Shown one piece after another: positions 18,754 through 30,100 of a stretch of 48,677 nt of DNA; positions within the stretch are counted from its first letter, which is position 1, and the number at the start of each line of letters is the position of its first letter. The position numbers were made by a program, and so were the translations under genes. The notes beneath the pieces are model-generated. The model made no database searches and was not told where the DNA came from. It saw only the letters and a list, made by a program, of their open reading frames with translations. This DNA comes from a virus. Lineage: Duplodnaviria > Caudoviricetes. The DNA lies in the IMG/VR virus record IMGVR_UViG_3300012041_000027, positions 1-48,677 of that record. One strand, given 5' to 3'.

Positions 18754-19013
18754 TGTTAACTAAAACTACTGTTACTGGTTCGGTAGAGATTCTCGAAGAT
18801 AAACGTATGCAAGTGCGTGAGGATATTGTTATTAATGACGATGGAAAAGAGTTATCCAGAATCTATACTAGATATGTATTAAATCCTGGTGACATTGTTA
18901 TTGACAAGCCACAGTTTGTTCAAGATTTATCTGTGTTTCTTTGGACTCCAGAAGTAATTGCAGATTGGAAAGCTAAAGAAGAATTATTAAGTCAGTCTCC
19001 GTTGGGACAATAA
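18753..19013 (+). CDS. Small fibre-associated protein (chaperone-like)
   Basis: 86 aa, TAATG-coupled between fibre genes. Confidence 0.6.
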   Translation: MLTKTTVTGSVEILEDKRMQVREDIVINDDGKELSRIYTRYVLNPGDIVIDKPQFVQDLSVFLWTPEVIADWKAKEELLSQSPLGQ

Positions 19014-20416
19014 TGGCTAATTGGAATCTACCGACAATTACTTCTAGCTATCTCAATGTATTTGCTGAGCTAGATGCAAAATTTATCGACGTTGCTCAGA
19101 TGGGCTTTGGTTCGTCTACCAATGTTCCCAATTTATCTATTCGTTACAATCGCGGTAATTTTGTATTTGAAGAATATGATGGTGTTAATTGGATTGGTAG
19201 GCCGCTTTCTGTAGCAGGTGGCGGAACTGGAGCTAATAGTGCTGCTGGTGCTAGAACTAATCTTGGCATTGGCAGTATGGGAACTCAAAACTCTAATGCT
19301 GTAAATATTACTGGCGGTTCTATTACTGGTGTTTCTTATTCAGCTAGTGACATTACAACTGGAGTTGTTCCATTAGCTCGCGGTGGAACTGGAACATCGT
19401 TAACTTTAGGTGGAGTTGGGCAAGTATTATTATCTGATGGTGGTAAAACAATTTATGCTTCCGGTATCTATATTGATGCAATAAATGCTTCTGCTTTAAC
19501 AGTAGGAACAGTTCCAGCCGCTCGATTAACAGGAGTTGCAACATTAGCAGGTATTAATTACTATACTAATGAGAACAGATATACTATGGAAACTGGTCCA
19601 ACTGGTCCGGTTTTAGTAACTGGAAATACTGGTCCTGCTTTTCAATTATATCATAATAATGGTATAGATTTAGATTTTCGTTATCTAAGATTTATGTCAA
19701 CTAACTCTAATTTATTTATTCAAAGAGTTAATTTAGCATATAATGTAGCTACAACATTAATGGTTATTGATAGGATGGGTTTAGTTATTTGTGAGGGTAG
19801 TGAAATTTACAATCTTAATGCTAGTAAAATTACTATTGGAACTGTTAATCCAGCAAGATTAGGAACTGGAATTGCTAATTCTACTACGTTTCTAAGAGGT
19901 GATGGAACGTGGCAAACAGTAGCAACTGGCGGTGGTGGAGAATCAATTCCATCAGGATTAATCGCACTATTCTCTACTAATTGTCCGGCTGGTTGGACTA
20001 GAGTTGCAGCTTTAGATAGTCGTTTTCCATTAGGTTCAACTGCTTGGGGTTCTACTGGTGGTGCTGCTGGACATTCACATAGTGTTGGATTAAATAGTTC
20101 TAATGCTGGTAGTCATGGACACGCATTTACTGGTAGTGGTAATGCAACTGGTAATGTAGCTGGTAGCGTTAGTGGAAGTACAAATCAGGGAACTAATTCG
20201 ACAATGAATGTTGACGGTGGTGGTAGTGGTTTTATGTCTCGTCAAGAACATTCACATTCGTTTAGTGCGAGTTTTGATGTTCCTGTTAATCATCCAGTTT
20301 CAGTTAGCGGTAACACTGGTAATGTTGGAGATCATAGCCATCAATTGAATGGTAACACAGCAGATGCAAGCTCTTATCCACCCTATCTAACAGTAGTCTA
20401 CTGTCAAAAGGATTAG
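19013..20416 (+). CDS. Tail fibre protein
   Basis: GGTGA..ARTNLG, TTFLRGDGTW, collar-like PSGLIA..CPAGW, HxH motifs, PPYLTVVYCQK end. Confidence 0.9.
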   Translation: MANWNLPTITSSYLNVFAELDAKFIDVAQMGFGSSTNVPNLSIRYNRGNFVFEEYDGVNWIGRPLSVAGGGTGANSAAGARTNLGIGSMGTQNSNAVNITGGSITGVSYSASDITTGVVPLARGGTGTSLTLGGVGQVLLSDGGKTIYASGIYIDAINASALTVGTVPAARLTGVATLAGINYYTNENRYTMETGPTGPVLVTGNTGPAFQLYHNNGIDLDFRYLRFMSTNSNLFIQRVNLAYNVATTLMVIDRMGLVICEGSEIYNLNASKITIGTVNPARLGTGIANSTTFLRGDGTWQTVATGGGGESIPSGLIALFSTNCPAGWTRVAALDSRFPLGSTAWGSTGGAAGHSHSVGLNSSNAGSHGHAFTGSGNATGNVAGSVSGSTNQGTNSTMNVDGGGSGFMSRQEHSHSFSASFDVPVNHPVSVSGNTGNVGDHSHQLNGNTADASSYPPYLTVVYCQKD

Positions 20417-20418
20417 TA

Positions 20419-20802
20419 ATGCGAACATTGAAGTTTGAAGATAATGACGAAAGTAAAATTAGGTTTGAGATTGTTTTCCACGGTCTATTTATTGAAGGCA
20501 ATAGGAACGATAGAAAAGGTTTAACAGTTCTTAGAACAGAGATTCAGTTACTAGATAAAATTGAAGAAATCTCCAAGCCATGTGAATGTGGTAAGACAAT
20601 TGCAGGTTCTAAGGAATCAGATAGAGAGTTAGTATTTATTGATGCAGATGCAACTTGGACAGTTCGACAGATGCAAATTAGTGATCAGGAATTCGATTTA
20701 CTTTATGACTATATTTCTAAGGTTCCGTGGTCAATTGGCAAATCTTCTCGTGATGCACTAAAGACTTTAGATTGGATTAAAAATGCTGGTCAGGCCGGCT
20801 GA
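20419..20802 (+). CDS. Hypothetical protein
   Basis: ORF in operon. Confidence 0.7.
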   Translation: MRTLKFEDNDESKIRFEIVFHGLFIEGNRNDRKGLTVLRTEIQLLDKIEEISKPCECGKTIAGSKESDRELVFIDADATWTVRQMQISDQEFDLLYDYISKVPWSIGKSSRDALKTLDWIKNAGQAG

Positions 20803-21163
20803 ATCTAAAGATACTGACGCTTTAATAGAGCTTCACAAGGGGCATACTTTTCCATTTCCTGATTTCAATAACATGCTAGATATTCTAGTTGTTGAGGATG
20901 ATGGAAAGATAGTAGCTTGGGGATACACTAAGAAATACGTAGAGATAGTATTTGTTTCTAATAAAAGTGCGCCAAAGATTACAAACATTAAGGCGCTAAA
21001 GTTATTGTCAGAAAAGTCTAGCGAACTCACTAAAGCTAGGGGAATTGATCAAGTTCATTCTTACGTTAGGGATGAAAAATTCGCCAAACTTTTAGTGGAA
21101 AGATTTAACTATGGTGTCTGCACTGGAACACCATTATTTCTAAACTTGGATGACAATGGCTAA
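20783..21163 (+). CDS. GNAT-fold-like protein
   Basis: VRPAESKD..LVVEDDGKIVAWG..ARGI..RFNY pattern; precedes ejection genes. Confidence 0.6.
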   Translation: MLVRPAESKDTDALIELHKGHTFPFPDFNNMLDILVVEDDGKIVAWGYTKKYVEIVFVSNKSAPKITNIKALKLLSEKSSELTKARGIDQVHSYVRDEKFAKLLVERFNYGVCTGTPLFLNLDDNG

Positions 21164-22709
21164 AGACGATAAGCAAAAAGTATTTAACGCTTCGATGGAT
21201 AAGGTAAAGTCCTCTGAAACAGAGTATAATGCCTTATCAGATAAAGTTGGTGGCAGGGGAGATGTTACCTGGGACAGAGCTACTAATGACTATAATACCT
21301 CTAATGAGGGATTTAGGAATTATGCTGCTGGTGGTGGCTTAACTCCAGAAGATAAAGAAAGGATGCAGGCATCACTTGGACGATACCAAGGTGCTTTAAG
21401 TGGTGGCGGTGGTGGTGGATTCGCTGCTCCAAGATTAGGAACATCTAACTATCAAAATCTTAATTCGGCTTATGCTAATGCTTATCGTCCTGATTATGGA
21501 GAAGCTGATACTGGATTTAGGAAGTTATCAGGTGAAGGTGGTGGATTTGATAAAGATCAATTAGCCAAGATTTATGGCAATGTTGATACTTTGTCTGGTA
21601 TTGGACAAACTGGCGGTATTACTGATGAAGATAAGGCTAATATCAATCGTAAATCTATTTTAGAACAAGAGGAAACTGGCGGTTACTCAGCACAAGATAA
21701 GGCTCTAATTAGGGCTAAATCTGCTGCTAGTGCTCCTGCTTATTTTGGAGCTTTAAGAGATCAGTTAGAAAGACAAAGAAGTCAAACTGGTAATTTAGCT
21801 GGTGCTGGAGCAGTTGATTTTAAGTTAGCTAGAGAAAAGGCTCAACAGCAAGCTAAAGATAGAACTGACACAGAAATCGGAATGGCAGCAGATATTCGTA
21901 AAGGTAGGGAATCTGCTGGTCAATATCTTTCTGGTAAGAATTTAGAATTAGCTGATTTAAGAACTGGTAATCAAATTTCTGGTGCTCGTGAGGCTGGAGC
22001 ATTAGGACTTAATACCCAGAGAGATATTACTGCTAATCAGGCTGAAGGATTAAAAGGATTACAGAGTTCTCAGACTGGATTAGGTAATTGGGGACTTAAT
22101 CAGGCCGGTGGATTAGACCAATTTGGGTTAAATAGGGCTGGTGGATTAGACCAGTGGGATTTATCTCAAGCTCAAATGGATATGCAAGCTGCTGCTAGCA
22201 ATGCTGGTAGTGGTGCTGCTAATGCTAGGGCTGCTGCTGAAGCTGATTTAGAATATAATCGCTGGTTAACTGAGTATGGTAATTCTCAGAAACAGTATGG
22301 TCTTAGCAATTTGGGAGATCAATACAAGACTAATCTTGGAGCTTCCCAGAATTATACTGGAATGGGCTTAGATGCTCTTAACTCTAAATATGGTACTCAA
22401 GGTGCAATGTTAGGATTAGCTTCACAAAATCGTGGTAAAACAACAGGTGAAAATGCTGCTGCATATGGTAAGATTGCTGGTGCTGCTGCATTAACTTATG
22501 CTAGTGGTGGTGCTGCTGCTCCATTACTAATTAATTCAGTTGGTGAATTAGGTAATGCTCCTGGCGCTGGAACAGGCTATAATGCTCCACAATATGGTAA
22601 TAGATTATGGGGCAATAGTGGAACAGGTGGACAAGCGTTCCCTAATGTACAGATTCCAGAACAGGAATATCAACCTGCCGGTGGGCCGTTTAATCTTAGT
22701 GGGCGATAG
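21150..22709 (+). CDS. Internal virion / DNA ejection protein 1
   Basis: Gly/Ala/Gln-rich, 11-aa repeats GLNxAGGLDQ, hydrophobic GA-rich C-terminal segment. Confidence 0.65.
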   Translation: MTMAKDDKQKVFNASMDKVKSSETEYNALSDKVGGRGDVTWDRATNDYNTSNEGFRNYAAGGGLTPEDKERMQASLGRYQGALSGGGGGGFAAPRLGTSNYQNLNSAYANAYRPDYGEADTGFRKLSGEGGGFDKDQLAKIYGNVDTLSGIGQTGGITDEDKANINRKSILEQEETGGYSAQDKALIRAKSAASAPAYFGALRDQLERQRSQTGNLAGAGAVDFKLAREKAQQQAKDRTDTEIGMAADIRKGRESAGQYLSGKNLELADLRTGNQISGAREAGALGLNTQRDITANQAEGLKGLQSSQTGLGNWGLNQAGGLDQFGLNRAGGLDQWDLSQAQMDMQAAASNAGSGAANARAAAEADLEYNRWLTEYGNSQKQYGLSNLGDQYKTNLGASQNYTGMGLDALNSKYGTQGAMLGLASQNRGKTTGENAAAYGKIAGAAALTYASGGAAAPLLINSVGELGNAPGAGTGYNAPQYGNRLWGNSGTGGQAFPNVQIPEQEYQPAGGPFNLSGR

Positions 22710-22718
22710 GATAAGACA

Positions 22719-24131
22719 ATGATTAACTTTGGGCAACTCTCCAGAAGATTCATTCCACCTAACGCTCAACAGCCAAACAGGAATAGATTTGGTAATATGT
22801 TCAATCAGCCTATGATTATGGACGAAACAGGTAATAATGTCTATAATCCTGGCTATAATATGCAACAACCAGAACAAGAACAACCACTACCTATGCAACA
22901 GGAATTACCTCCTCAAATTCGACCGAGGCAATTCCAGCCTCAACCAATGGAACAGCCACAAATGCCACCACAAGCGGCAGTTCCACAAACTCCTATTTCT
23001 AGGCAACCAATGATGCCTCAGCAACAAGAACAACCGTTGCCAATGCAGCCATTTCCAACATCTCCACCACAAGCTCCACCTGAATTTGACTTTGCATCTG
23101 CTTATGAGAAAATCAATAAACGGCCACAAAGGTTAGCTTATCAGGAAGCTGTTAATAGGGGACCAGAACAGATTAAACGTAGTAAATGGATGCGTTTATT
23201 AGCTGCTGCTGGTGCTGGTGGTGCAGCTTTAGGTGGAACTGACCCTGCTGAAGCTGCAAGAGCTGGTACTGAGGCTTATAATGCTCCACAAGCTCGTGAA
23301 AATGCTAGGTATAAAGAAAGGGTTGCTGGGTTAGGTAATCTTGCTAATATGGAAGATAGTGATATGCAAGATAGGCTTAGATTATTAGAGATACAGAGAG
23401 GTGAATTTTGGAAAGGTAAAGGTGACGTTAGAGAAACTGAGAAAATGGCTATTGAGAAGAGAGATGCAGCAATTCGTGAGGCAGATCTTTCCAATAGGAA
23501 TAGATTCACTAACGCTCAGATTGACCAGATTAAGGAAGAAATCAATAAGAGTCAGACAAGGACTTGGGTTGATAAAACTAGGGGTATTCAATACGAACAA
23601 AAACCCACTGGTGAAATTGTTTCGCATAAGATTGATTCCTCTACTCAAGAGAGAGTTAGAGAAGCTGGTGATACTGCTGGTTCTGTTGCTGAGGCAGAAG
23701 AGAAGTATAAGAAAGCACATGATATGCGCCTTATTCAAGGTGATATTGATGTTGCTGGTCTGCAAACAGAGAGTAGAGAGAATATTGCAGATACCAATAG
23801 ACAGAAGGCTATTGATTTGGCAGTTACTAAGGGTAAATTAGCTGCTGAGAAAGAGCCTGATAAGGCTAGAAAAGGTGTTATCATTAATGCTACAGAGAGT
23901 GTTGCTAGGGGACAATTACCACCTGATGCGTTAGATTACATTAAAGTTAATCCCGAAAATGGTGGGATTTACTCTGAAGGTCCAAATGCCACAACTGAGC
24001 AATTAGTTAAAGATTTGATTTCTAAGTCTCTTCAGAACTCAGGTTTTGGTGACACTACTTCTGGTTCTGGAACTACTAAAGGCGGAACTAGATTTACTGT
24101 TACTCCTAAAGGCGGCGGGGGTGGATTCTAA
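22719..24131 (+). CDS. Internal virion / DNA ejection protein 2
   Basis: P/Q-rich N-terminus, AG-rich hydrophobic stretch, coiled coil. Confidence 0.65.
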   Translation: MINFGQLSRRFIPPNAQQPNRNRFGNMFNQPMIMDETGNNVYNPGYNMQQPEQEQPLPMQQELPPQIRPRQFQPQPMEQPQMPPQAAVPQTPISRQPMMPQQQEQPLPMQPFPTSPPQAPPEFDFASAYEKINKRPQRLAYQEAVNRGPEQIKRSKWMRLLAAAGAGGAALGGTDPAEAARAGTEAYNAPQARENARYKERVAGLGNLANMEDSDMQDRLRLLEIQRGEFWKGKGDVRETEKMAIEKRDAAIREADLSNRNRFTNAQIDQIKEEINKSQTRTWVDKTRGIQYEQKPTGEIVSHKIDSSTQERVREAGDTAGSVAEAEEKYKKAHDMRLIQGDIDVAGLQTESRENIADTNRQKAIDLAVTKGKLAAEKEPDKARKGVIINATESVARGQLPPDALDYIKVNPENGGIYSEGPNATTEQLVKDLISKSLQNSGFGDTTSGSGTTKGGTRFTVTPKGGGGGF

Positions 24132-27100
24132 TGCCACAAGAACCATTTGTTTATCCTGGTCAAACTAGAACAACTCCTACTCCTGGATTATTGGGTAGAA
24201 CTAGGCCAACTCAGTCTACTCAACAAACAACTCCATTTGGACGTAGGAAATATGATGTTAAAGATAGTGAGACTGGTAAGGAATATGAAATAGAGTGGGA
24301 AGGTCCTAATGATCCCACTGAAGATGAAATTAAGGAGATGTTAAGTATTGATGATAAGGGTCCATATTATGGTGAAAGAGCAGGAAAATCTCATGGTTGG
24401 TTAGCTGACCAATTATGGAACGCTGGAAAGAAAGTTATTGATACTGGAAAAGGACTTTTAGAGAGTACATCTCTCGGTGAAACTGCTAGAATGGGAGATG
24501 AATTAGCTAGAGTTAGAGAAGAAGATGCTAAAGCTAAAGCTGCTGGAGCTTCTGCGGTATCTTCATTAGAGGCTAAACGAAAAGCAGAAAGTGACGAGTA
24601 CTTTGGTAAGGTAAATAAGGCATTACGTAATCCTTTTGCCATTGGAGAGATGGCAGGAAATGCGTTAGATCCCACTGGTGTGTTCATGGGAACTACTAGT
24701 GCTGTGCATGACTCTTATGAATCTTTTAAACGGGGAGATGTTGGTGGTGGTGTTGTTTCTGGTGGATTAGCAGTACTTCCGGCTTTTGGATTAAGACATG
24801 AAATTAAGAAAGCTGGTATTCCTAAGAATCTATTACCACCCGATAATCCGGTTGTTCCACCAGTAACTCCTGTTGGCGGAAATCCAGCTAAAGCTAATGC
24901 ATTACCCCCAATTGAAAAATTACCGGGTGCTCCTGAACCTAACATTAGAAAACAGGGACAGCATAGTATTGGTGTTAAAGTAGAGGATGTTCCAACCTAT
25001 ACTGAACAAGGATATACTATTATTGATACATTCCCTGATGGTTCTGTATTAATGGAACCACCTCCTAGGTCTCGTTTTGGACCTACTCCTGGCTTTGGTA
25101 GAGCTACTGTTGAAGAATTAGGTAGACCTCTTACTCCTTTTGAAGAACACATGAGGAAGAAGAAGGATGAAGAAGGTGGATTACCTCCAGTAGAACCTCC
25201 TACTGAACCACCTACTCCACCTACTCCTCCAGTTGCTCCCGTAACTCCACTTACTCAAACTGGACCATTTGGTGCTGGTAGACCTGCTCCACCTGTTGAA
25301 CCAGTAGAACCACCAACTACAACTACTCCAGTTGCAGGCGGACCTACTATTAATTATGGTAGGACTGATAACATTTACAGTATTCGTAATCAGGGTAGTC
25401 AATTCTTTGTTGAACATCCCTCATTACAAAAACCAGCAGGACCATTTAGGAGCTATAATCAGGCTGATAAGTGGATTAATGACCAGGTTAATCCATTTGA
25501 ACAGTTTCCAGTAGAACCACCTACTCCTAAGCAAGAGCCTGTTCCTCCTGTTACTCCTGTTGAATCTCCTGTTGGGCAACCAGTACCACCTGTTGAGCCA
25601 GTTAATCCCTTATTAGATAGAATTAGGGAACTGGATGAAGCTGGAGCACCTGATTATAAGTATAAAGAATTACTATCACCTAAACAGCAAAAGTGGGGTG
25701 GTAAGGTATCTTGGCGTCAACAAGCTATTGATGAAGCTAGCGTTACAACATCAGCTACAAAAGCTATTGGTAAAGCTGAAGCAACTACTAGGAGCAAGGT
25801 TGCAATTCTTAAGGCTAAAGCTGAGGCAGCTAAGGCAAAACTCAAGGCTTTAAATGCTAAGTTAAATCCTCCAGGAAGTGACAAGGGTTCTGTTTCTGCT
25901 GAACTCCTAACTGCTGGATTAATTGATGATGCCACTGTTGAGCGTTTTCACAATTGGGCTAAAGGTTTAGGTGCCTCATTAAGTGATGCAAATTTACTTC
26001 ATTATTTAAAGGTTGTTGAGAAGAGAGATGATATTTCTAAGGCTTTACAAGGTAATGCTTTATTACCTCCTGAATCAAAAGCTGACAGAATACCAGTAGT
26101 AAAGGATGAACCATTTAGACCGGGACCAAAGGCTAGAGATTATATTGAACAACAGAGAAATAATAGCTATGGTTCTAATCAACATGACGTACAAAGAAGT
26201 CCTTTTGAGCAGAGAAATTATGAAGATTTCTTACGTTCATTAGATTGGAAAGTAGAGCCAATTAAAGGTCAAAGAATATCTCCCAGAGAAATGGGTGACG
26301 CAGCTAGGGATGTTACTCTTAAAGATGTAGATGTAATGGGTCATACTGGAGAGTCTTTAGTTCCTAGAACTGAAAAAGCAGTTAGAAGTCATGTTATTCC
26401 AACTGAAGAACAAGTTCGTAAGTTACTCAGGGATAATGAAGCAATAGCTGATAGAGATTTATTAAGTGCTGATGTTGCCGCTAACCGCTATTTAGCTGGT
26501 GAAGGTGGCGATCCTATGGTCTATAGAGAGATGGCTATAGATTCCTTAAGAAAGGTTAAGGAAGCTGGTTTTAAAGATTTTTCTAAACATGAATTAGCAG
26601 TATATGACCAGGTTGTTGAGAAGTTAGATAATGGCTCTAAGACTATCAATGATTTGAGACGCTCAGGTCCAGATGTTGAGGTTCCAAGAAGTGGTTTTGG
26701 AAGATTATTGGATGTTTTTAAGGCTAAAGAAGAACCAATTAAGAGAGATAAGTTTGGATTACCGGCATTAGAAGTTCCTGATAATGTTCCTAAGGAATCA
26801 TTTAAAGAGTTCGTAGCTAGGACTATGGATGGAATGACTCCTGAGAGATTTAATAGATTGCCAGGAGACATTCGTAATGGCGCTGCTGAATTATATAGAG
26901 AGTCTCAAGCTAAGGTAAATAAAGAACCAGGAACAGTCACTGACATCAATAAGTTAAAGCCTAAGTTCCAAGCCCGTAGAAGTAAGTATGGTGTGTTTAC
27001 TTCTGACCCAGCAGAGATGATTCGCAGAATGAAGGATTCTTTTAAGGAAGTTGATAATATTGATGAGGCTCATTTCATTACTCCCGATGGGAAGATGTAT

Positions 27101-30100
27101 AATCATCTTAGGCCATTAGATTCTCATGGTAGCTCTATGAGAGAAATTGGAATTGATATTTATGAAGCTTTAGAGAAAGCTAATATTATTCGTGTTGGTG
27201 CTCCTAATGCTATAGAAGTAGGTATGCCAATATCTAAGACTCAGGCTAAGTTAATTCATGATATGATGATGTCAAATAAAGATCCTAATATGTATGTAGA
27301 AGTGAATAGCGAGAGGGTTCAAAGGCAATGGAAAGCATTTGATGAAAGAGCTACTCCTGAAGCTATTAGAGAGTGGACCAATGCTCAATTCGAGCCATCT
27401 AATACTTTTGCTCCTAAGCCTAAGCAACCTCAAGTTCCTAAGTCTATAGAAGAATTAGAGGCAGCATGGGAAGCCGGTGATCCCAAAAAACTAAAGCCTA
27501 AGTACTCTACAAATTTAACGAAAGAAGAGAAGCTTGTTTTGAATAAGGCTTTAGATAGGCGTCTAGCCCAAGCTAAAGCTCAAGGAGATACCAAGGCAAT
27601 AGCTAGTATTGGAGAAGCTAGGAAACTAATTAATGGTCCACAACCACCATCTATTGCACAACAAGTAAAGGACCATGCTGTTAAGGTTGTAGCCGATAAT
27701 AAGGCTATGCATGAACAGATGCAAGTGAAGAATAAGCCATCTGGAATGAAGCATGAACCAGTATTAGCCGACCCAGGCGGTAAATTAACTCCTGATGAAA
27801 GAGCTTGGATGGAAAAGCATCCATTTGTCCAGGATTTAATGAGATTCCATAGTGATTTGATTCATCACATTATGGAAGTAACTGGCTCAATATGGGCAGA
27901 AGGAATTAGCCATGTAGGATTATCTCTTGATCCTGGTTCTCATGGTATGTCTATATATAATCCACTTACCGGTAAGCATACTATTCTATTCAATTCTTTT
28001 GAGGAAATATTTAATACTCCTGATCCCAGACAAGCAGCTAGAGAATCAGTAACTACTGCTAAACATGAAGCTGCTCATGCTGGAGAAGGTGGTAATGCCG
28101 GAGATGTAGCGTTTACTATTACTGACCAATTAGACCCTCGATTTAAGGATTTCTACAATGATTTAGTTAATCAGGTAAAGGAAGGTGGAGAAGCTGGTGG
28201 TGCAATATCCGGTCATGGAATGGATTGGGTTTACAGATTAGGAGAAATTTATGGCAAATATGGAATCGAACGAACCGCCGAAGCCGCTAAAAGGCTTGAA
28301 TCAATCTTTACCAAAGGTGGTAGATCTGGCGGATACAATCCAGAAATATCGAACTTATTACGCCTCTATCAAGAAAGTAGAAGGAGAGCAGAGACTACGC
28401 CAGACGTTTTCGCAGGAAAGGGAATACAGCAAAAGAGTCCCAAAGCCTGGAAGGGATTTGTTTCTGGGAATAGTGGCAATGCTGGAAAAGGAACTACTTC
28501 CAAACCAGTAACTCCACCATCTAAACCAGTTCCACCAAGAGCAGTAGTAGGTAAAGCTGGATTACTGAATAATAGGAAATTCTCTAGGAAGAATCCTATT
28601 TTTGGTAAGATTTTTGAGAGCTTAATTGCCAATAGAAATGCTGAATTAGCTGCTGGAATACCTCCAAAATTTAGCACATCATTTGTCAATGCAGAAGCTC
28701 AATTGAGACAAGCTGGTTACTTATACAGTGGTAAACCTAACGCTCAAGGTGTATTACCAGCAGGAGTTCCAGCAGGTTATGAGAGAATTACTGGTGGATT
28801 AGGTAAGTTTAGTGGTAAGTATGCTCATCCAGAAATTAGGAAAGTATTAGAGGATTATCTTTCACCTACAAAAACAGGATTATTTAATTCTGCGGTAGAA
28901 GCAGTAGGTAAAGCTAAGTCATTAGCAATGTCATCTGGACTTATTCCTAATAAGCCCTTATTTACTGCTCATGGCTTTAGCATTGCTTCACCTTTCTCTG
29001 GCCGGGCAGTAATGGAAGGTGGATTAAAGAGATGGGGACAAGCAGTTAGGTATGGATTAAACCCCAAACTGGCTGCATCCCATTTAAAGGCTGAAAGGGC
29101 AGATATTATTAGAGCTACGAGAGAGGATAATTATAATCCTAATGTGGACACTAGTATTGGTCATGGCATTACTAAACCATTTAATACTACAACAGGTAAG
29201 TATGGAACTGGCAAGTTTAAGAAATGGACTAATTGGTTAGCTGAAAAACAGCACAAGCATTGGGAAGGACCACTATTTGAACAGATGCTTCCAGCTTTAA
29301 AATGGCAAGGTTGGAAATCTAAACTTGCTGACTTTCAAAAGAAAGGAATGAGTAGAGCTGAGGCAGGTAAAGCTGCTTCTAGGGTAGTTAATGACCATTA
29401 TTCTGGCTATAACACCGATACCTTAATGGAGACTAAGGACTTTAAGACAGTTGCTAGTCTTACTTTCCTAGCTCCTGATTGGTTACGTTCAGCTAAGAAT
29501 ATGGGAATTAATGTTCCCAAGTCTCTCATTACTGAATTGAGAGGTAAAGGAACACCTGAAAGTAGAGCATATTTAAAGGCCGGTGGTAGGATGTTAGCGG
29601 CTTATACTGCTGCTAATCTCTTACAAAAGTCTCTAACCGGCGAATATATGGTAGAAAATGATACAAAAGATAAGTTTACTCTGTTTCTAAATAAGGAGAA
29701 AACATCATATCTTAACCCATTTGGCTCATCAATTGACTTCTTTAAATATCCATTTCTAATGGCTGCTGCTGCCAGTACTGATGGAGAGAAGTTTAGTAAG
29801 GGTGCTGGAGAAATACTATCAGAAGCAGCACAGAATAGACTTTCACCATTAGGCCGGCTTGGAACCGAGTTTATTACAGGTGAAGATTACAAGGGAGAAG
29901 CAAACCTAGCTAGGACTACTGATAGATTTGGTAATTACATTCCAGCTACAACTAGGGGTGCAAATACATTCTCTCAATTGATTAACTTTGGACCACCACA
30001 AGTAGCTCAACCGTGGAATGTTGCAACTGGCAGAGCTACTCCATTAGAGGGTATTCTAAAGGTTGGAGAAATGCCATTTGGATTTAGGAAACCTAAGCCT

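Noticed and set aside
16811-20416. Diversity-generating retroelement or invertible tail-fibre cassette
   Set aside because: I saw no reverse transcriptase, invertase or template/variable repeat pair.
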